Source: Deinococcus sp.
GTDB taxonomy: Bacteria > Deinococcota > Deinococci > Deinococcales > Deinococcaceae
DNA length: 41,902 bases
Direction of reading: 5' to 3'
NCBI GenBank assembly: GCA_025351205.1
Contig: JANXWI010000095.1
Span: 1-41,902 of the forward strand
Part shown: positions 11,402 through 22,808 of the stretch, one piece after another
Layout of the letters: each line of letters begins with the position of its first letter
Numbering within the stretch: position 1 is the first letter of the stretch
Translations under genes and position numbers: made by a program
The notes under the pieces: model-generated
What the model saw: only the letters and a program-made list of their open reading frames with translations
Told to the model about the DNA's origin: nothing
Database searches by the model: none

Positions 11402-11440
11402 ACCTGCCCAGAGCTGATCCTGCCCAGAGCTGACCCTGTC
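11394..11440. repeat. 16-bp tandem repeat AGAGCTGA(A/T/C)CCTGCCC x3 spanning the secDF stop
   Basis: Seen directly; the first unit contains TGA at 11399-11401. Confidence 0.85.
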
Positions 11441-11464
11441 GGAAGCCAAACCCGTCAGAAGTCT

Positions 11465-11495
11465 GGAGGCCCCCCGTCACCGTGCGGGGGTTTCT
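11465..11495 (+). terminator. Probable intrinsic terminator after secDF
   Basis: GGAGGCCCCCCG...CGGGGGTTTCT hairpin. Confidence 0.65.
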
Positions 11496-11593
11496 GCTGC
11501 AAACGTGCGCCCAGCGTGCTCATTCGGGGCTTATTTGCTGGTATCATGATGGTTCGGTCTGCCCCGAGCGCCTTCACCCCTGTTGAAGAAACC

Positions 11594-11623
11594 TTGACGG
11601 AACCGGCGGATGCACATTAAGCT
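11594..11623 (+). promoter_or_regulatory. Putative sigma70 promoter of the LysM-M23 gene
   Basis: TTGACG-N18-TAAGCT. Confidence 0.5.
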
Positions 11624-11781
11624 GCCATTCATTCAGAGGGGGCAAGATGTAGGCGGCATCACAAATACGCCGCGCATCCGGCCCACCGATGTTCACCCGC
11701 ACATGTTCGTGATCCGCCGGGCCTTCCGGACAAAACGCCTGGAAAGGTTGGGCGCTTTCAGATCACGCTTTGGAGAATTCT

Positions 11782-13224
11782 GTGATTCGAGCCTCTCTCG
11801 CCGCCGCTGTTCCGTCTGCTCCGCGCACGACCTCCTCCGTTCTGCTGCTCAGCCTGGGCCTGCTGTTTGCGCTGCCACACTCGCAGGCCAGTCCGGTGCA
11901 GGGCAATCCGGCCCAGATGCCTCAGTCGCTGCTGGAAAGCAGATTGCCTGCGGTGGTGTTGGGGCTTCCCGCGCAGATCACACTGAACCGGAGCGAAGCT
12001 GTGTCTGGTGAAGCTCTGCCCAGTGCGGCCCTGGTGTTGGCGCGTTCAGGCGACACCGGGCAGGAGATTGCCGACAGCTACGACGTGCCGCTCTCGGCGC
12101 TGTCGCCCAGCCAGCCGGGAACGCTGCCCTGGGGCGCGGTGATCCGGGTGTCTCTGCAAGGTGCGGCCCAGCCCGCAGAGGGCCGCCTGCCACCCGGCGC
12201 GAAGGTGTACACGGCGCGTTCCGGCGACACGCTGGCGGGCGTCGCCTACCGCCAGGGGCTGAGCGTCACCGAGCTGCTGAGCGCCAACCTGAGCCGTCAG
12301 ACGCTCGACAAGCTGGCTGTGGGTGAGCGCCTCTTCGTTCCGTCCCAGCCGGGCCTGATGGTCCGGATCAAGCCGGGGGAAACCGTGCAGGGCCTGGTCG
12401 AGTCGTACCGCGCCGACGCGCCGCAGGTTGCGCTGGCCAACGGCATCGGCCTGCCGAACGAGCTTGGCGTGGGCGATTATCTGCTGCTGCCGGGCGTGCT
12501 GGCGACGGGCTTCCAGCGCGAGCTGTTGGCCCGCCGGGAGCGTCAGCAGGAGGCTGCGCGGCTGGTCGGGGTGCAGCGCCAGTACGAGCGCTATCAGGCA
12601 TATGTTCAACAGGTGCAGGACAGCAGACTCAGGCGCCAGTACGCCCTTCAGGCCCAGTACGACAGATTTCTGGCCTACCAGAACAGCCCGGCCCGCCAGA
12701 AGCTGATCGCCCGCTACGAGGCGCAGGCCCGCTACGACGCCGCGCAGCAGACCCAGCAGGCACAGGCGCGCGCCCAGGCGAAAGTGCTGGCCGGCGTTCC
12801 GCGCGGTGTGGGCAGCGTGCGCTCTGCATCTGCGGCGTCGGAAGGTGGCGGGCTGTCGTGGCCCCTGCGCAGCTACCGCATCACCAGCCGCTTCGGAGAA
12901 GCAGACATCGAGTTTCACCGGCAGTATTTCCACGGCGGGGTGGACCTGGCCGCGCCCTACGGCACTCCGATCTATGCCGCCGCCGCCGGCACCATCACCC
13001 AGAGCGGCCCCGGCGACTACGGCAACAACGTCTACACCGACACTGGAGACGCCCTGATCATCTACGGCCACATGAGCCGCACCGCTGTGAGCGTGGGCCA
13101 GACGGTTACGCGCGGCGAGGTGCTGGGCTACGTCGGCTGCTCGGGCATGTGTACCGGGCCGCACCTGCATTTCGAGGTCAGGCTGAACGGGAGCGCCGTC
13201 GATCCGCTGGGCCTGCTGCCCTGA
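11782..13224 (+). CDS. LysM-domain M23 peptidase (cell-wall endopeptidase)
   Basis: LysM repeats (YTARSGDTLAGVA), Q/Y/A-rich helical linker, HGGVDLAAP and GPHLHFEV; GGAG RBS before GTG 11782. Confidence 0.92.
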   Translation: MIRASLAAAVPSAPRTTSSVLLLSLGLLFALPHSQASPVQGNPAQMPQSLLESRLPAVVLGLPAQITLNRSEAVSGEALPSAALVLARSGDTGQEIADSYDVPLSALSPSQPGTLPWGAVIRVSLQGAAQPAEGRLPPGAKVYTARSGDTLAGVAYRQGLSVTELLSANLSRQTLDKLAVGERLFVPSQPGLMVRIKPGETVQGLVESYRADAPQVALANGIGLPNELGVGDYLLLPGVLATGFQRELLARRERQQEAARLVGVQRQYERYQAYVQQVQDSRLRRQYALQAQYDRFLAYQNSPARQKLIARYEAQARYDAAQQTQQAQARAQAKVLAGVPRGVGSVRSASAASEGGGLSWPLRSYRITSRFGEADIEFHRQYFHGGVDLAAPYGTPIYAAAAGTITQSGPGDYGNNVYTDTGDALIIYGHMSRTAVSVGQTVTRGEVLGYVGCSGMCTGPHLHFEVRLNGSAVDPLGLLP

Positions 13225-13516
13225 AGCATTTATCAGCATAGCTTTTCTACTTTGTCCGGGTAGGCAGGTCCATTCTCGACCAAAACAGTGCCCATGATGA
13301 CGCTTGGGCGCTGCTGGGGGTCCGTTCTGCCTTAGTGGCGCAGTGTCGTCAATGGCGCTGTTCACGCCAGGAAAAACCATAGGGAGTGAATTTGGCGGGC
13401 AGTTGGGAAGCGGGCAAGGGTCGCCATCCTCCGGTACAGAGAAGGGAAGATCACTCAAGTCAAAGGAGGGGCCGCCCTGACTGTTCTCTCGTGCCGGAAT
13501 TCGGACAACTGTCCTA
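13222..13516. repeat. Modular repeat with terminal inverted repeats (MITE-like), diverged copy A
   Basis: Ends TGAAGCATTTATC ... GGAATTCGGACAACTGTCCTA. Internal GTCCGTTCTGC, GTTCACGCCA and GGAGTGAATTT are shared with copies B and/or C. Confidence 0.7.
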
Positions 13517-13575
13517 ACTGGTTCTATCCTCCGCCCTGAACTGGCCTGTTCAATAGGGCCAGTTTGCCTTATGCT
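13516..13575 (+). promoter_or_regulatory. Putative PdxR/MocR operator and leaderless promoter of pdxS
   Basis: AACTGG direct repeats (13516, 13539), inverted repeat AACTGGCC-N10-GGCCAGTT, then TATGCT (13570-13575) 7 nt before ATG 13583. Confidence 0.65.
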
Positions 13576-13582
13576 TTCTCAC

Positions 13583-14487
<905 letters not shown>

Positions 14488-14491
<4 letters not shown>

Positions 14492-15174
14492 TTGCCCTGC
14501 CATTCGGAGGGGCGACGGGCGGGAGCAGGCATGTGCAGGCCGGGGCTGCCGGACAAGGTCGGCGGGTCGGCGTGCTGGCCCTGCAAGGGGCCTTCCGCGA
14601 ACACCGCCGGATGCTGGAATCTCTGGGTGTAGAGGTGCGGGAAGTGCGGCTGCCCGCCGACCTGGAGGGGCTTGCCGGGCTGGTCATTCCGGGCGGCGAA
14701 TCCACGACGATGGGCAAGCTGATGGTGGATTACGGTCTGCAAGGCCCCATCCGCGATTTTCATGCGTCTGGCGGGGCGATCTTCGGCACCTGCGCCGGGG
14801 CCATTCTGCTCAGCCGCACGGTGCTGGGCGCGCCGCCGCAGTTCGGCCATCAGCCCAGCCTGAGCCTGATGGATATTTCGGTGCAGCGCAACGCCTTCGG
14901 GCGGCAGGTGGACAGCTTCCAGACCGATCTGAACGTGACGGGCCTGGACATACCTTTTCCGGCCATGTTCATCCGCGCCCCGGTGATCGGAGCCGTCGGA
15001 GCGGGCGTGGAAGTGCTGGCCCGGCAGGGTGAACAGGTGGTGCTGGCGCGGCAGGGCCGACTGCTGGCCTCCAGCTTCCACCCGGAGCTGACCGGCGACA
15101 CCCGGATTCACGGGCTGTTTCTGGACATGCTGCCCGCTGCGGCACAGGCGGCAGACCTTCAGCGTTCCGTCTGA
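14488..15174 (+). CDS. pdxT: Pyridoxal 5'-phosphate synthase glutaminase subunit (start uncertain)
   Basis: [35 protein letters not shown] and FHPE; GTGA overlap with pdxS. Confidence 0.95.
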
Positions 15175-15189
15175 GCGCCGGGCCGAGGG

Positions 15190-15237
15190 GCATTTGGGCA
15201 CGGTGGCATCTGGGCACAGTGATATCTGAGCACAGTG
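15190..15237. repeat. 16-bp tandem repeat x3 downstream of pdxT
   Basis: gcatttgggcacggtg / gcatctgggcacagtg / atatctgagcacagtg. Confidence 0.85.
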
Positions 15238-15330
15238 GGAAGAGACGGGGTCAGCCGGGCAAGGCGGCCCCGCCTTTTTGTATGCCTTCTGCTAAGCCCC
15301 AGCACACGCTTCCCTGCTAAGCTTCCGGGC

Positions 15331-16149
15331 GTGAAAGCGCCGACGTTGCAGGTCTACGCCTCCGGGCCGCGCCGACTGTACTACCGCCGCAGTGGCCTGG
15401 AGGCAGCGGGCGCGCCCCCAATCGTGCTGATTCACGGCCTGAGCGGGTCGCGGCGCTGGTGGCGCTCCAATCTTCCGGCGTTAGAACGCCTGGGAGCGGT
15501 GTACGTCGTGGAACTGGTGGGTTTCGGCTCGGTGCGTCGCCGCCAGCGCGCGCTGAGCATGAAAGACGCCGCCGCGCTGGTGTCGGAGTGGATGGACCAC
15601 CTGAACTTGCAGGGCGCGGCGCTGATCGGCCACAGCATGGGGGGACAGATCGCGCTGCGGGTGGCGGCGCTGCAACCGGAGCGGGTGTCGCGGCTGGTGC
15701 TGGCGGCGGCCAGCGGCCTGCTGCACCGGGCCTGGTGGCAGGTGGCGGCCCTGCTGCCCCAGGCCATGCGGCTGGGCAAGCTGAATTTCGTGCCGACCAT
15801 TCTGGCCGACGGGGCGCGGGCCGGGCTGCCCAACCTGGTGCGGAGCAGCCGCGACCTGCTGCAAGACGACGTGACGGGCCTGCTGCCCCAGATCATGCAG
15901 CCGACCCTGGTGATCTGGGGCGAACACGACGTGCTGCTGCCCCCCGATCTGGGACGGGCGCTGAGCGTCGGAATCGCCCGTTCCCGCTGGGTGCTCTTGC
16001 CGGGCGCGGGCCACGTGCTGATGGTGGACGCGCCGGAAGCCTTCAACCGCGAGGTGACGGCCTTTCTTGGGGAGGCTATCTTGGAAGAGGCGGTCCAGGC
16101 CAGCGCTACGGCCCCGGCGGAGCGGCCTGAGACCCAGGCGTCTGCTTGA
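15331..16149 (+). CDS. Alpha/beta-fold hydrolase
   Basis: LIHGLSGS, GHSMGG, WGEHD and GAGH; TAAGCT-N7-GTG start. Confidence 0.9.
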   Translation: MKAPTLQVYASGPRRLYYRRSGLEAAGAPPIVLIHGLSGSRRWWRSNLPALERLGAVYVVELVGFGSVRRRQRALSMKDAAALVSEWMDHLNLQGAALIGHSMGGQIALRVAALQPERVSRLVLAAASGLLHRAWWQVAALLPQAMRLGKLNFVPTILADGARAGLPNLVRSSRDLLQDDVTGLLPQIMQPTLVIWGEHDVLLPPDLGRALSVGIARSRWVLLPGAGHVLMVDAPEAFNREVTAFLGEAILEEAVQASATAPAERPETQASA

Positions 16150-16976
16150 GTCGCAGCGCTGCAACGTCCAGTTCTTACTCACACTTCCGCCGGGTGGGTG
16201 GCCTGATCCGTCACGCCCGCGTGTACCCTGGCCCGTCCCTGAGCGCTGGAGTGAAGGCGTCCGCCCAGCCCATCGTGATCGTGCCGGGTCTGGGCTGCGC
16301 GGCCTGGATGTATGGACGACTGGCGCGGCGGCTGGCCGTGCAGCGGACGGTCTGGGTGTACGACCACCCCGGCATGGGCCTCAGTCAGGCGCGGCTGCGC
16401 GACCCGGTTCGGATCGAACAGCTGACCGACCACCTCGCGGCCTGGATGCAGGCGCGCGGCCTCGTGGGGGTGCCGGTGCTGGGACATTCGCTGGGCGGCG
16501 AGGTGGTGATCGATCTGGCGGCCCGTTATCCGGCGCTGCCCGCCGCGCTGATCATGTGTGCCCCGACAGGGATTCCCGAAAACCCCAGTGTGAGCGCCCA
16601 GGTCGTCCGGTTTCTGCTGAACATGCCGCGTGAGCGGCTGGGGCTGCTTCCTCTCGCCACCGCCGCCTACCTCAGGACCGGGCCGCGCGCCTACTGGCTG
16701 GCCCGCGATCAGGACGCCCACCAGACCGGGCCGCTGCTGGCGCTGGTGGGCTGCCCGGCGCTGGTTGTGGACGGCACGACAGACCCGGTGATCCGCTCCT
16801 GGACGCTCGACGTGCTGTGCAGACAGCTGCCCCGCTCCCGCGCCTGTACCATCCAGGGGGGCACACACGCCCTGATGGACAGCCGCCCGGCAGAGGTGGC
16901 GCGCGAAACCCTGAGCTTCCTGCACGACGTGGACGCGGGGCGGTTCGCTGATCAGGACCGAGCCGGTGACGGCTGA
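16146..16976 (+). CDS. Alpha/beta-fold hydrolase
   Basis: VPGLG, GHSLGG, GTTD and GGTH; TTGA overlap with the upstream gene. Confidence 0.88.
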   Translation: MSRSAATSSSYSHFRRVGGLIRHARVYPGPSLSAGVKASAQPIVIVPGLGCAAWMYGRLARRLAVQRTVWVYDHPGMGLSQARLRDPVRIEQLTDHLAAWMQARGLVGVPVLGHSLGGEVVIDLAARYPALPAALIMCAPTGIPENPSVSAQVVRFLLNMPRERLGLLPLATAAYLRTGPRAYWLARDQDAHQTGPLLALVGCPALVVDGTTDPVIRSWTLDVLCRQLPRSRACTIQGGTHALMDSRPAEVARETLSFLHDVDAGRFADQDRAGDG

Positions 16977-17086
16977 CTGGGGGCCTGTAGCTTGTGGAAA
17001 GGGTGAGCAGCCTGAACAGAACCCGCAGTTCCCGGCCTTCCCTACAAGCCACAGGCCACACGTCCTCCTTTGCTACTCTTCCAGAC

Positions 17087-18892
17087 ATGACCTCCAAAGA
17101 CCCGCCTGCCCGCGCCGACCTTCCTGCCGAACAGACTTGGGCCATCGAGGCCATCTACGCCACGCCGGACGCCTGGGAGCAGGAGGCCGCCGCGTTTCCG
17201 GAATCGCTGAGCGTGCTGAGTGCCCACGCCGGGCGACTGGGCGAATCGAGCGAGGTGCTGGCCGGGTACCTGAAGGCCGACGAGCAGGTACGCCAGCGCC
17301 TGGGGCGGCTGAGCGCCTATGCGGGCATGCAGGCCAGCGTGGACGGACAGGACACCGTGGCCGCAGACCGCCGGGACCGGGCCAACATGCTGGCGTCGGT
17401 GTACAGCCAGGCCACCGCCTTCGACGCGCCCGAACTTCTGGCTCTCGATGAGCACATGCTGGAAGGCTGGCTGACCCGCCCGGAACTGACCGACTACGCC
17501 GTGATGGTCGGGCGGATTCTGCGGACCCGTCCGCACGTCCGCAGCGCCGAGGTCGAGGAGCTGCTGGGCGCGCTCGGCTCACCGTTCGGCAGCGCGCGCG
17601 GCATTCATCCCACCCTGGCTAACATGGACCTGGATTTTGGCAGCGTGAACGGCGTGAAGGTTGGTCACGGCAACATCGACGCCCTGAGCGCCTCGGCAGA
17701 CCGTGAGGAGCGCCGCGCCGCCTGGGAGCAGTATGCCGACGCCCACCTGAACGTGAAGCACGGCATGGCCGCCGCGCTGGCGACAGGGGTGCGACAGAAC
17801 GTCTTCACCGCCCGCGCCCGCTGCTACCAAGGCGCCCTGAGCGCCGCCCTGGACGCCACCTATATTCCCAGAACGGTATTCGACACCCTGATCGAGACCT
17901 ACAGGGCCAACCTGCCCACCTGGCACCGCTACTGGGCGGTGCGGGCACGGTGGCTGGGTCTGGAAAAGCTGCGCGAGTACGACGTCAAAGCCCCACTCAG
18001 CGCCGCGTCGCCAGCCGTCAGCTACGCGCAGGCGGTGGACTGGATCGGCGCAGGGATGGCACCGCTGGGGGTCGAGTACGGCGAGGCCATGCGCCACGGC
18101 CTGACAGGTGGCCGCTGGGTGGACTACGGCCTGAACCGCCACAAGCGGCAGGGAGCCTACAGCAACGGCGTGTACCCGGTTTCCCCCTTCATCTTCATGA
18201 GCTGGAACGACACCCTGGGCAGCATGAGCACCCTGGCCCACGAGATCGGCCACAGCATGCACACCCATTTCAGCTGGAAAGCGCAGCCTTACTCGCAGGC
18301 CCGCTACACGCTGTTCGCCGCCGAGGTCGCCAGCAACTTCAATCAGGCGATGGTCCGGCAGCACCTGTTTGCCACGCAGCCAGATACGGAGTTTCAGGTG
18401 GCGCTGATCGAGGAGGCGATGAGCAATTTTCACCGCTACTTCTTCATCATGCCGACCCTGGCCCGCTTCGAACAGGAGATTCATGCCCGCGTCGAGGCGG
18501 GGCGTAGCCTCTCGGCCCCCGACCTGAACACCCTGATGGCCGACCTGCTGGCCGAAGGCTACGGCGACGGTGTGCAGATGGACCGGGAGCGCAGCGGCGT
18601 CCTGTGGGGCCAGTTCTCCACGCACCTGTACAGTAACTTCTATGCCTATCAGTACGCCACCGGCATCAGCGCGGCGCACCAGCTGCTGGCGGGTTTCGGC
18701 GCCGACCCCGAGGCCGCCCGGACGCGGTACCTGACCTTCCTGAGCGAGGGCGGCAGGCTCGATCCCCTGGACGCGCTGCGGGCGGCGGGCGTGGACATGG
18801 AGAAACCTGAAGCGGTGGAGCAGACCTTCGGCGTGCTGGCAGGCTACGTGGACCGGCTGGAAGCGCTGCTGGGGGAGCGGGAAGCCCTTTAA
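17087..18892 (+). CDS. pepF: Oligoendopeptidase F (M3B)
   Basis: [16 protein letters not shown] and FYAYQYATG; TACTCT-N7-ATG start. Confidence 0.95.
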   Translation: MTSKDPPARADLPAEQTWAIEAIYATPDAWEQEAAAFPESLSVLSAHAGRLGESSEVLAGYLKADEQVRQRLGRLSAYAGMQASVDGQDTVAADRRDRANMLASVYSQATAFDAPELLALDEHMLEGWLTRPELTDYAVMVGRILRTRPHVRSAEVEELLGALGSPFGSARGIHPTLANMDLDFGSVNGVKVGHGNIDALSASADREERRAAWEQYADAHLNVKHGMAAALATGVRQNVFTARARCYQGALSAALDATYIPRTVFDTLIETYRANLPTWHRYWAVRARWLGLEKLREYDVKAPLSAASPAVSYAQAVDWIGAGMAPLGVEYGEAMRHGLTGGRWVDYGLNRHKRQGAYSNGVYPVSPFIFMSWNDTLGSMSTLAHEIGHSMHTHFSWKAQPYSQARYTLFAAEVASNFNQAMVRQHLFATQPDTEFQVALIEEAMSNFHRYFFIMPTLARFEQEIHARVEAGRSLSAPDLNTLMADLLAEGYGDGVQMDRERSGVLWGQFSTHLYSNFYAYQYATGISAAHQLLAGFGADPEAARTRYLTFLSEGGRLDPLDALRAAGVDMEKPEAVEQTFGVLAGYVDRLEALLGEREAL

Positions 18893-19026
18893 TAGATCAT
18901 GGTAGTTAGGGAGACGAAAGTTGCACTGTACAACGATGAAAACTCCGTTAGCATGAATGAGTTCACAACGGCTTTGAACCCGTCGGTCTTTTCCATGTAC
19001 TTTCGAGCCGTCTCCGAGGAGAATCT

Positions 19027-20262
19027 ATGCGTCACTTCCTGATCCTAAGCTTTGCCTTTCTCAGTTCTGCCCTTGCGGCTCCATTGGTGGTTACGCCAGC
19101 AACGCAGCAAGTCCCGCCCGGGGGACTCGTCATTCTTTCTGCCAGCGAGGAGGTGAACTGGTTTTCGAGCGGTGGCGCTCTCGGCAGTATGCGTGGCACT
19201 CGAATTGTTCTGGAAGCGCCCCGTACTGGTGGAAACGTCACCATCACGATTCAAGACCCAAAAGACGCTAGCAGAAAGGCGTTTGCTGTTGTGCAAGTAG
19301 CGATGCCCGCCACAAATGCAATTCCCTGGCGCGTCCACACCTTTGCAGCTGGGGCCAGCTTTAGTACGGCCATCAGTGCTGATGGGAGTCTATGGACGTG
19401 GGGGCTGAACGACAAGTTTCAGGTGCCAAGTGGTAAAGCTGGTAATGTTTTGATCCCCGTCAGGGCTGAAGGTTTGAGTGGATTGGTTAGTGTGGGAGCG
19501 GCAAAGTTCTTGGACGTAGATAACGCAGGTATCACTCTTGCAAAAAATGGCACTCTATGGTTATGGGGGAGATCGCACAAGAATCCTTCTGCTGTTGATA
19601 AAAATGTAATGTATGCTGACTATAGTACTTGCTTAGTAGTTTCGTCCGGAGACGGCACTTTTGCTGTGTCTGAAGGAAATGGACGCAGAAAAAACGATTA
19701 TAGGCAAATCGCTTACGTTACAAGCGGATACCGAAATAGCACTCAATTGGCTATTAGCCAGAACGGGAATGTTTTGGTGAGCGGTGAGTGTGGGAGAGGG
19801 CTAAATGTTGTCGATGGTCTTAAAGATGCCGTCGATATAACTCCTGTTGGGGACGATGTTGACATTGTCCTTAAGCAGGATGGATCTGTTGTGCTATTGA
19901 AGACATCGGAGTCGCCTGTCAACTTTCAAGAACTTGCGGGATTTTCGAACGTTCGCATTATTGGTAGTTCTAGCAGGCGTGGTGGTGGTGGTTGGGGTTT
20001 CGTGGTGATGAAAGATAATACGGTACGGGGTTTTGAATTGGACGACAGCAATATACCTAGCGTTCCTAAGCCTGTCGCTGGGCTGTCAGATATCATAGAT
20101 GTGAGTGTTTCCGGCTCTCATGCGCTCTTTCTTCGCAAAGATGGTACGCTCTTTGCCATCGGTCTGAACGATAACGGCGAGCTTGGCAACGGGACAACGC
20201 AGGATTCCAGCACTCCGGTGGAGGTCGTGGGCCTGAAAGTTATGCTCCCTCCGCCCCGCTGA
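19027..20262 (+). CDS. Secreted RCC1/BLIP-II-repeat protein with an N-terminal Ig-like segment
   Basis: Signal peptide; AAGASFSTAISADGSLWTWGLN and SHALFLRKDGTLFAIGLNDNGELGNG; visibly AT-richer than its neighbours. Confidence 0.85.
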   Translation: MRHFLILSFAFLSSALAAPLVVTPATQQVPPGGLVILSASEEVNWFSSGGALGSMRGTRIVLEAPRTGGNVTITIQDPKDASRKAFAVVQVAMPATNAIPWRVHTFAAGASFSTAISADGSLWTWGLNDKFQVPSGKAGNVLIPVRAEGLSGLVSVGAAKFLDVDNAGITLAKNGTLWLWGRSHKNPSAVDKNVMYADYSTCLVVSSGDGTFAVSEGNGRRKNDYRQIAYVTSGYRNSTQLAISQNGNVLVSGECGRGLNVVDGLKDAVDITPVGDDVDIVLKQDGSVVLLKTSESPVNFQELAGFSNVRIIGSSSRRGGGGWGFVVMKDNTVRGFELDDSNIPSVPKPVAGLSDIIDVSVSGSHALFLRKDGTLFAIGLNDNGELGNGTTQDSSTPVEVVGLKVMLPPPR

Positions 20263-20294
20263 ATCAAAACCTCGGAACGAGTTTAAACAGGAAA

Positions 20295-20332
20295 GAAGCG
20301 GGCGGCCTCTATATGCAGGGGCCGCCTGCTTC
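20295..20332. terminator. Hairpin between convergent genes (T tract on the minus strand)
   Basis: GAAGCGGGCGGCCTCT...AGGGGCCGCCTGCTTC. Confidence 0.8.
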
Positions 20333-20350
20333 GTCTGAAACCCGTGAAGC

Positions 20351-20809
<459 letters not shown>

Positions 20810-21003
20810 GGTGAATTCCTCCGGTGTTGGTCGGGACAGCGGTGATGCTTGAGACGGCGGTGCCGACGCTGGTGCTTTTCGGCTCAGTGGGATCAGGCCC
20901 GCTGTTCGCGCCCCTCGTTTTAAACCCGGACGATTCTACACCCTGTATGGGCGAAGCAGGCCGGATGGACGGCGAGAAGGCTCAGGGTCAGGACGCTCGC
21001 TGC

Positions 21004-21567
21004 TCACGGTTTGCGGGCGATCCGGAGCGTCACCGGGGCCACGCCCTCGCCCATGATGCCCAGCACGCGGGCCGCCGACGCCGACAGGTCGATGACCCGT
21101 TCGGGCCGCCCGAATGGCCCCCGGTCATTGATCAGCACCAGGACGCTGCGGCCTGTGCGGGCGTGCCGGACCTCGACCCAGGTGCCGAAGGGCAGCGTCA
21201 GGTGGGCGGCGGTCAGGACGCTGCGGCTGTCGTTTCGGCCAGGGTAGTAGACGGCCATGCCGTTCTGGTACACCGGGGACGTGGAAGGCTCTGACGTGGT
21301 GGGCGGCGTCGCCCCGAGCAGCGGACTGGTGGCGGCCCCTTCGCCCGCCGCTCGCCCCGGCAGCTTGATGGCCTGCCCGGCCCGCAGAAGGGTGCCGCTC
21401 AGCCCGTTGAGCCGCTTGAGCGCCCCCACGCTCGCGCCGCTGCTGCGGGCCAGACTGGACAGCGAGTCGCCCGGCTGCACCCGGTAGACCCGGTCCGCCC
21501 CGGCAGTTCCGAGCACCGTGAACGCCAGAAAGAGCGCGCCCAGGCTTTTCGCACCTGCTCCCTTCAA
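21004..21567 (-). CDS. LysM plus RlpA-like (DPBB) lytic transglycosylase
   Basis: [13 protein letters not shown] LysM; [15 protein letters not shown]...INDRGPF...RVIDLS; TTG start overlaps the upstream stop. Confidence 0.9.
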   Translation of the reverse strand: MKGAGAKSLGALFLAFTVLGTAGADRVYRVQPGDSLSSLARSSGASVGALKRLNGLSGTLLRAGQAIKLPGRAAGEGAATSPLLGATPPTTSEPSTSPVYQNGMAVYYPGRNDSRSVLTAAHLTLPFGTWVEVRHARTGRSVLVLINDRGPFGRPERVIDLSASAARVLGIMGEGVAPVTLRIARKP

Positions 21568-22655
21568 AGCTGCTCCTTGCCCGAACGCGACAGCAACTCG
21601 TACCCGTCCTCTGTCACCAGCACCAGGTCCTCGATGCGCACCCCGCCCACGCCCGGCAGGTACACGCCCGGCTCGGCGGTGACCACCATGCCCGCCTCCA
21701 GCACCTCGCTGCTCGCGGCCCGCAGGCCCGGCCCCTCGTGGACCGCCAGCCCCACGCCGTGCCCCAGCGAGTGCGCGAAGTATTCTCCCAGGCCGTGACG
21801 CGTCAGCACGTCGCGGGCCAGCCTGTCCAGATCGCTGCACTTTGCCCCTGGCCGGATGGCCTTCACCGCCGTTTCTTCGGCCTCCAGCACGGCGCGGTAC
21901 AGGCGGCGCAGTTCCTCGTTGGGGTTGCCCGTCGCCACGGTGCGGGTCATGTCGGAGTGGTAGCCGTTGACTTTTGCGCCGAAGTCTACGGTCACCAGTT
22001 CGTCGTTGCCGATCACCCGCGCCGAGGCGGTGCCGTGCGGCATGGCCCCGCGTGGTCCCGAGGCCACCGTGATATCGAAGGCCGAGGTCGCCCCGTGATC
22101 GCGCATGAAGGCTTCGAGCTGAGCGGCCACCCAGTCCTCGCGCACGCCCGCCACGATGCTGGGGCGCACGGCGGCAAACGCGAGGTCGGCGATGTCCTGA
22201 GCGGCCCGAATCTCGGCCACCTCGTCGTCTGTTTTGATGAGCCGCAGCCCTTCCACCAGGCCCTGGGTGCTGACCAGCGTGGCGGGCCGCTCGCCTGTCT
22301 GCCAGTGCTGGCGCAGATTTTCCAGCTCGCTGACGGTCAGGTGGTCGGCCTCGAAGCCCACCCGCAGGCCCGCCACCGTGCTGGCCGCGTGTTCCAGCGT
22401 GGCCGGGGGCCTTGCGATGTGGGCCGGGAAACGGCTCTGCTCTCCAGCCTGCACGGTATAGCGGGCGTCGGTGTAGAGCGTCGCCGCGTCCGGGAGCGCC
22501 AGCAGTTTGGCGTCCTCGCCGCTGGCAAAGCCCGACAGGTAGCGAATGTTTTCCGGGCGGCTGACCCACAGCGCGTCGATGCCGGAGCGCTGCATGGCGG
22601 CCCAGAGTGTTGCCTGTCTGGTGTCCCGCGCCGGAGCGGTCTGTTCTGTTGACAT
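21564..22655 (-). CDS. Xaa-Pro peptidase (M24 family)
   Basis: VDFGA...[26 protein letters not shown] and GVRIED; TAATCT-N7-ATG start. Confidence 0.95.
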   Translation of the reverse strand: MSTEQTAPARDTRQATLWAAMQRSGIDALWVSRPENIRYLSGFASGEDAKLLALPDAATLYTDARYTVQAGEQSRFPAHIARPPATLEHAASTVAGLRVGFEADHLTVSELENLRQHWQTGERPATLVSTQGLVEGLRLIKTDDEVAEIRAAQDIADLAFAAVRPSIVAGVREDWVAAQLEAFMRDHGATSAFDITVASGPRGAMPHGTASARVIGNDELVTVDFGAKVNGYHSDMTRTVATGNPNEELRRLYRAVLEAEETAVKAIRPGAKCSDLDRLARDVLTRHGLGEYFAHSLGHGVGLAVHEGPGLRAASSEVLEAGMVVTAEPGVYLPGVGGVRIEDLVLVTEDGYELLSRSGKEQL

Positions 22656-22808
22656 GGCAGGCAGATTAACATGGGCCGCCATTCCGTCAGGCCGCAGTCC
22701 CAGGCCATGAACACGGCGGGCCACGGCGCTCGCCGGAGGACTCTGGTTTCCGCTGCGTCCACGTGTTCATCTGGAGCCGCTTTCATCTGAAGCCGCTATC
22801 GTGGCTGC

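Noticed and set aside
11444-11780. c-di-AMP (ydaO) riboswitch before the M23 gene
   Set aside because: Only a short AACCCGTCAG resemblance; the other conserved elements are missing.
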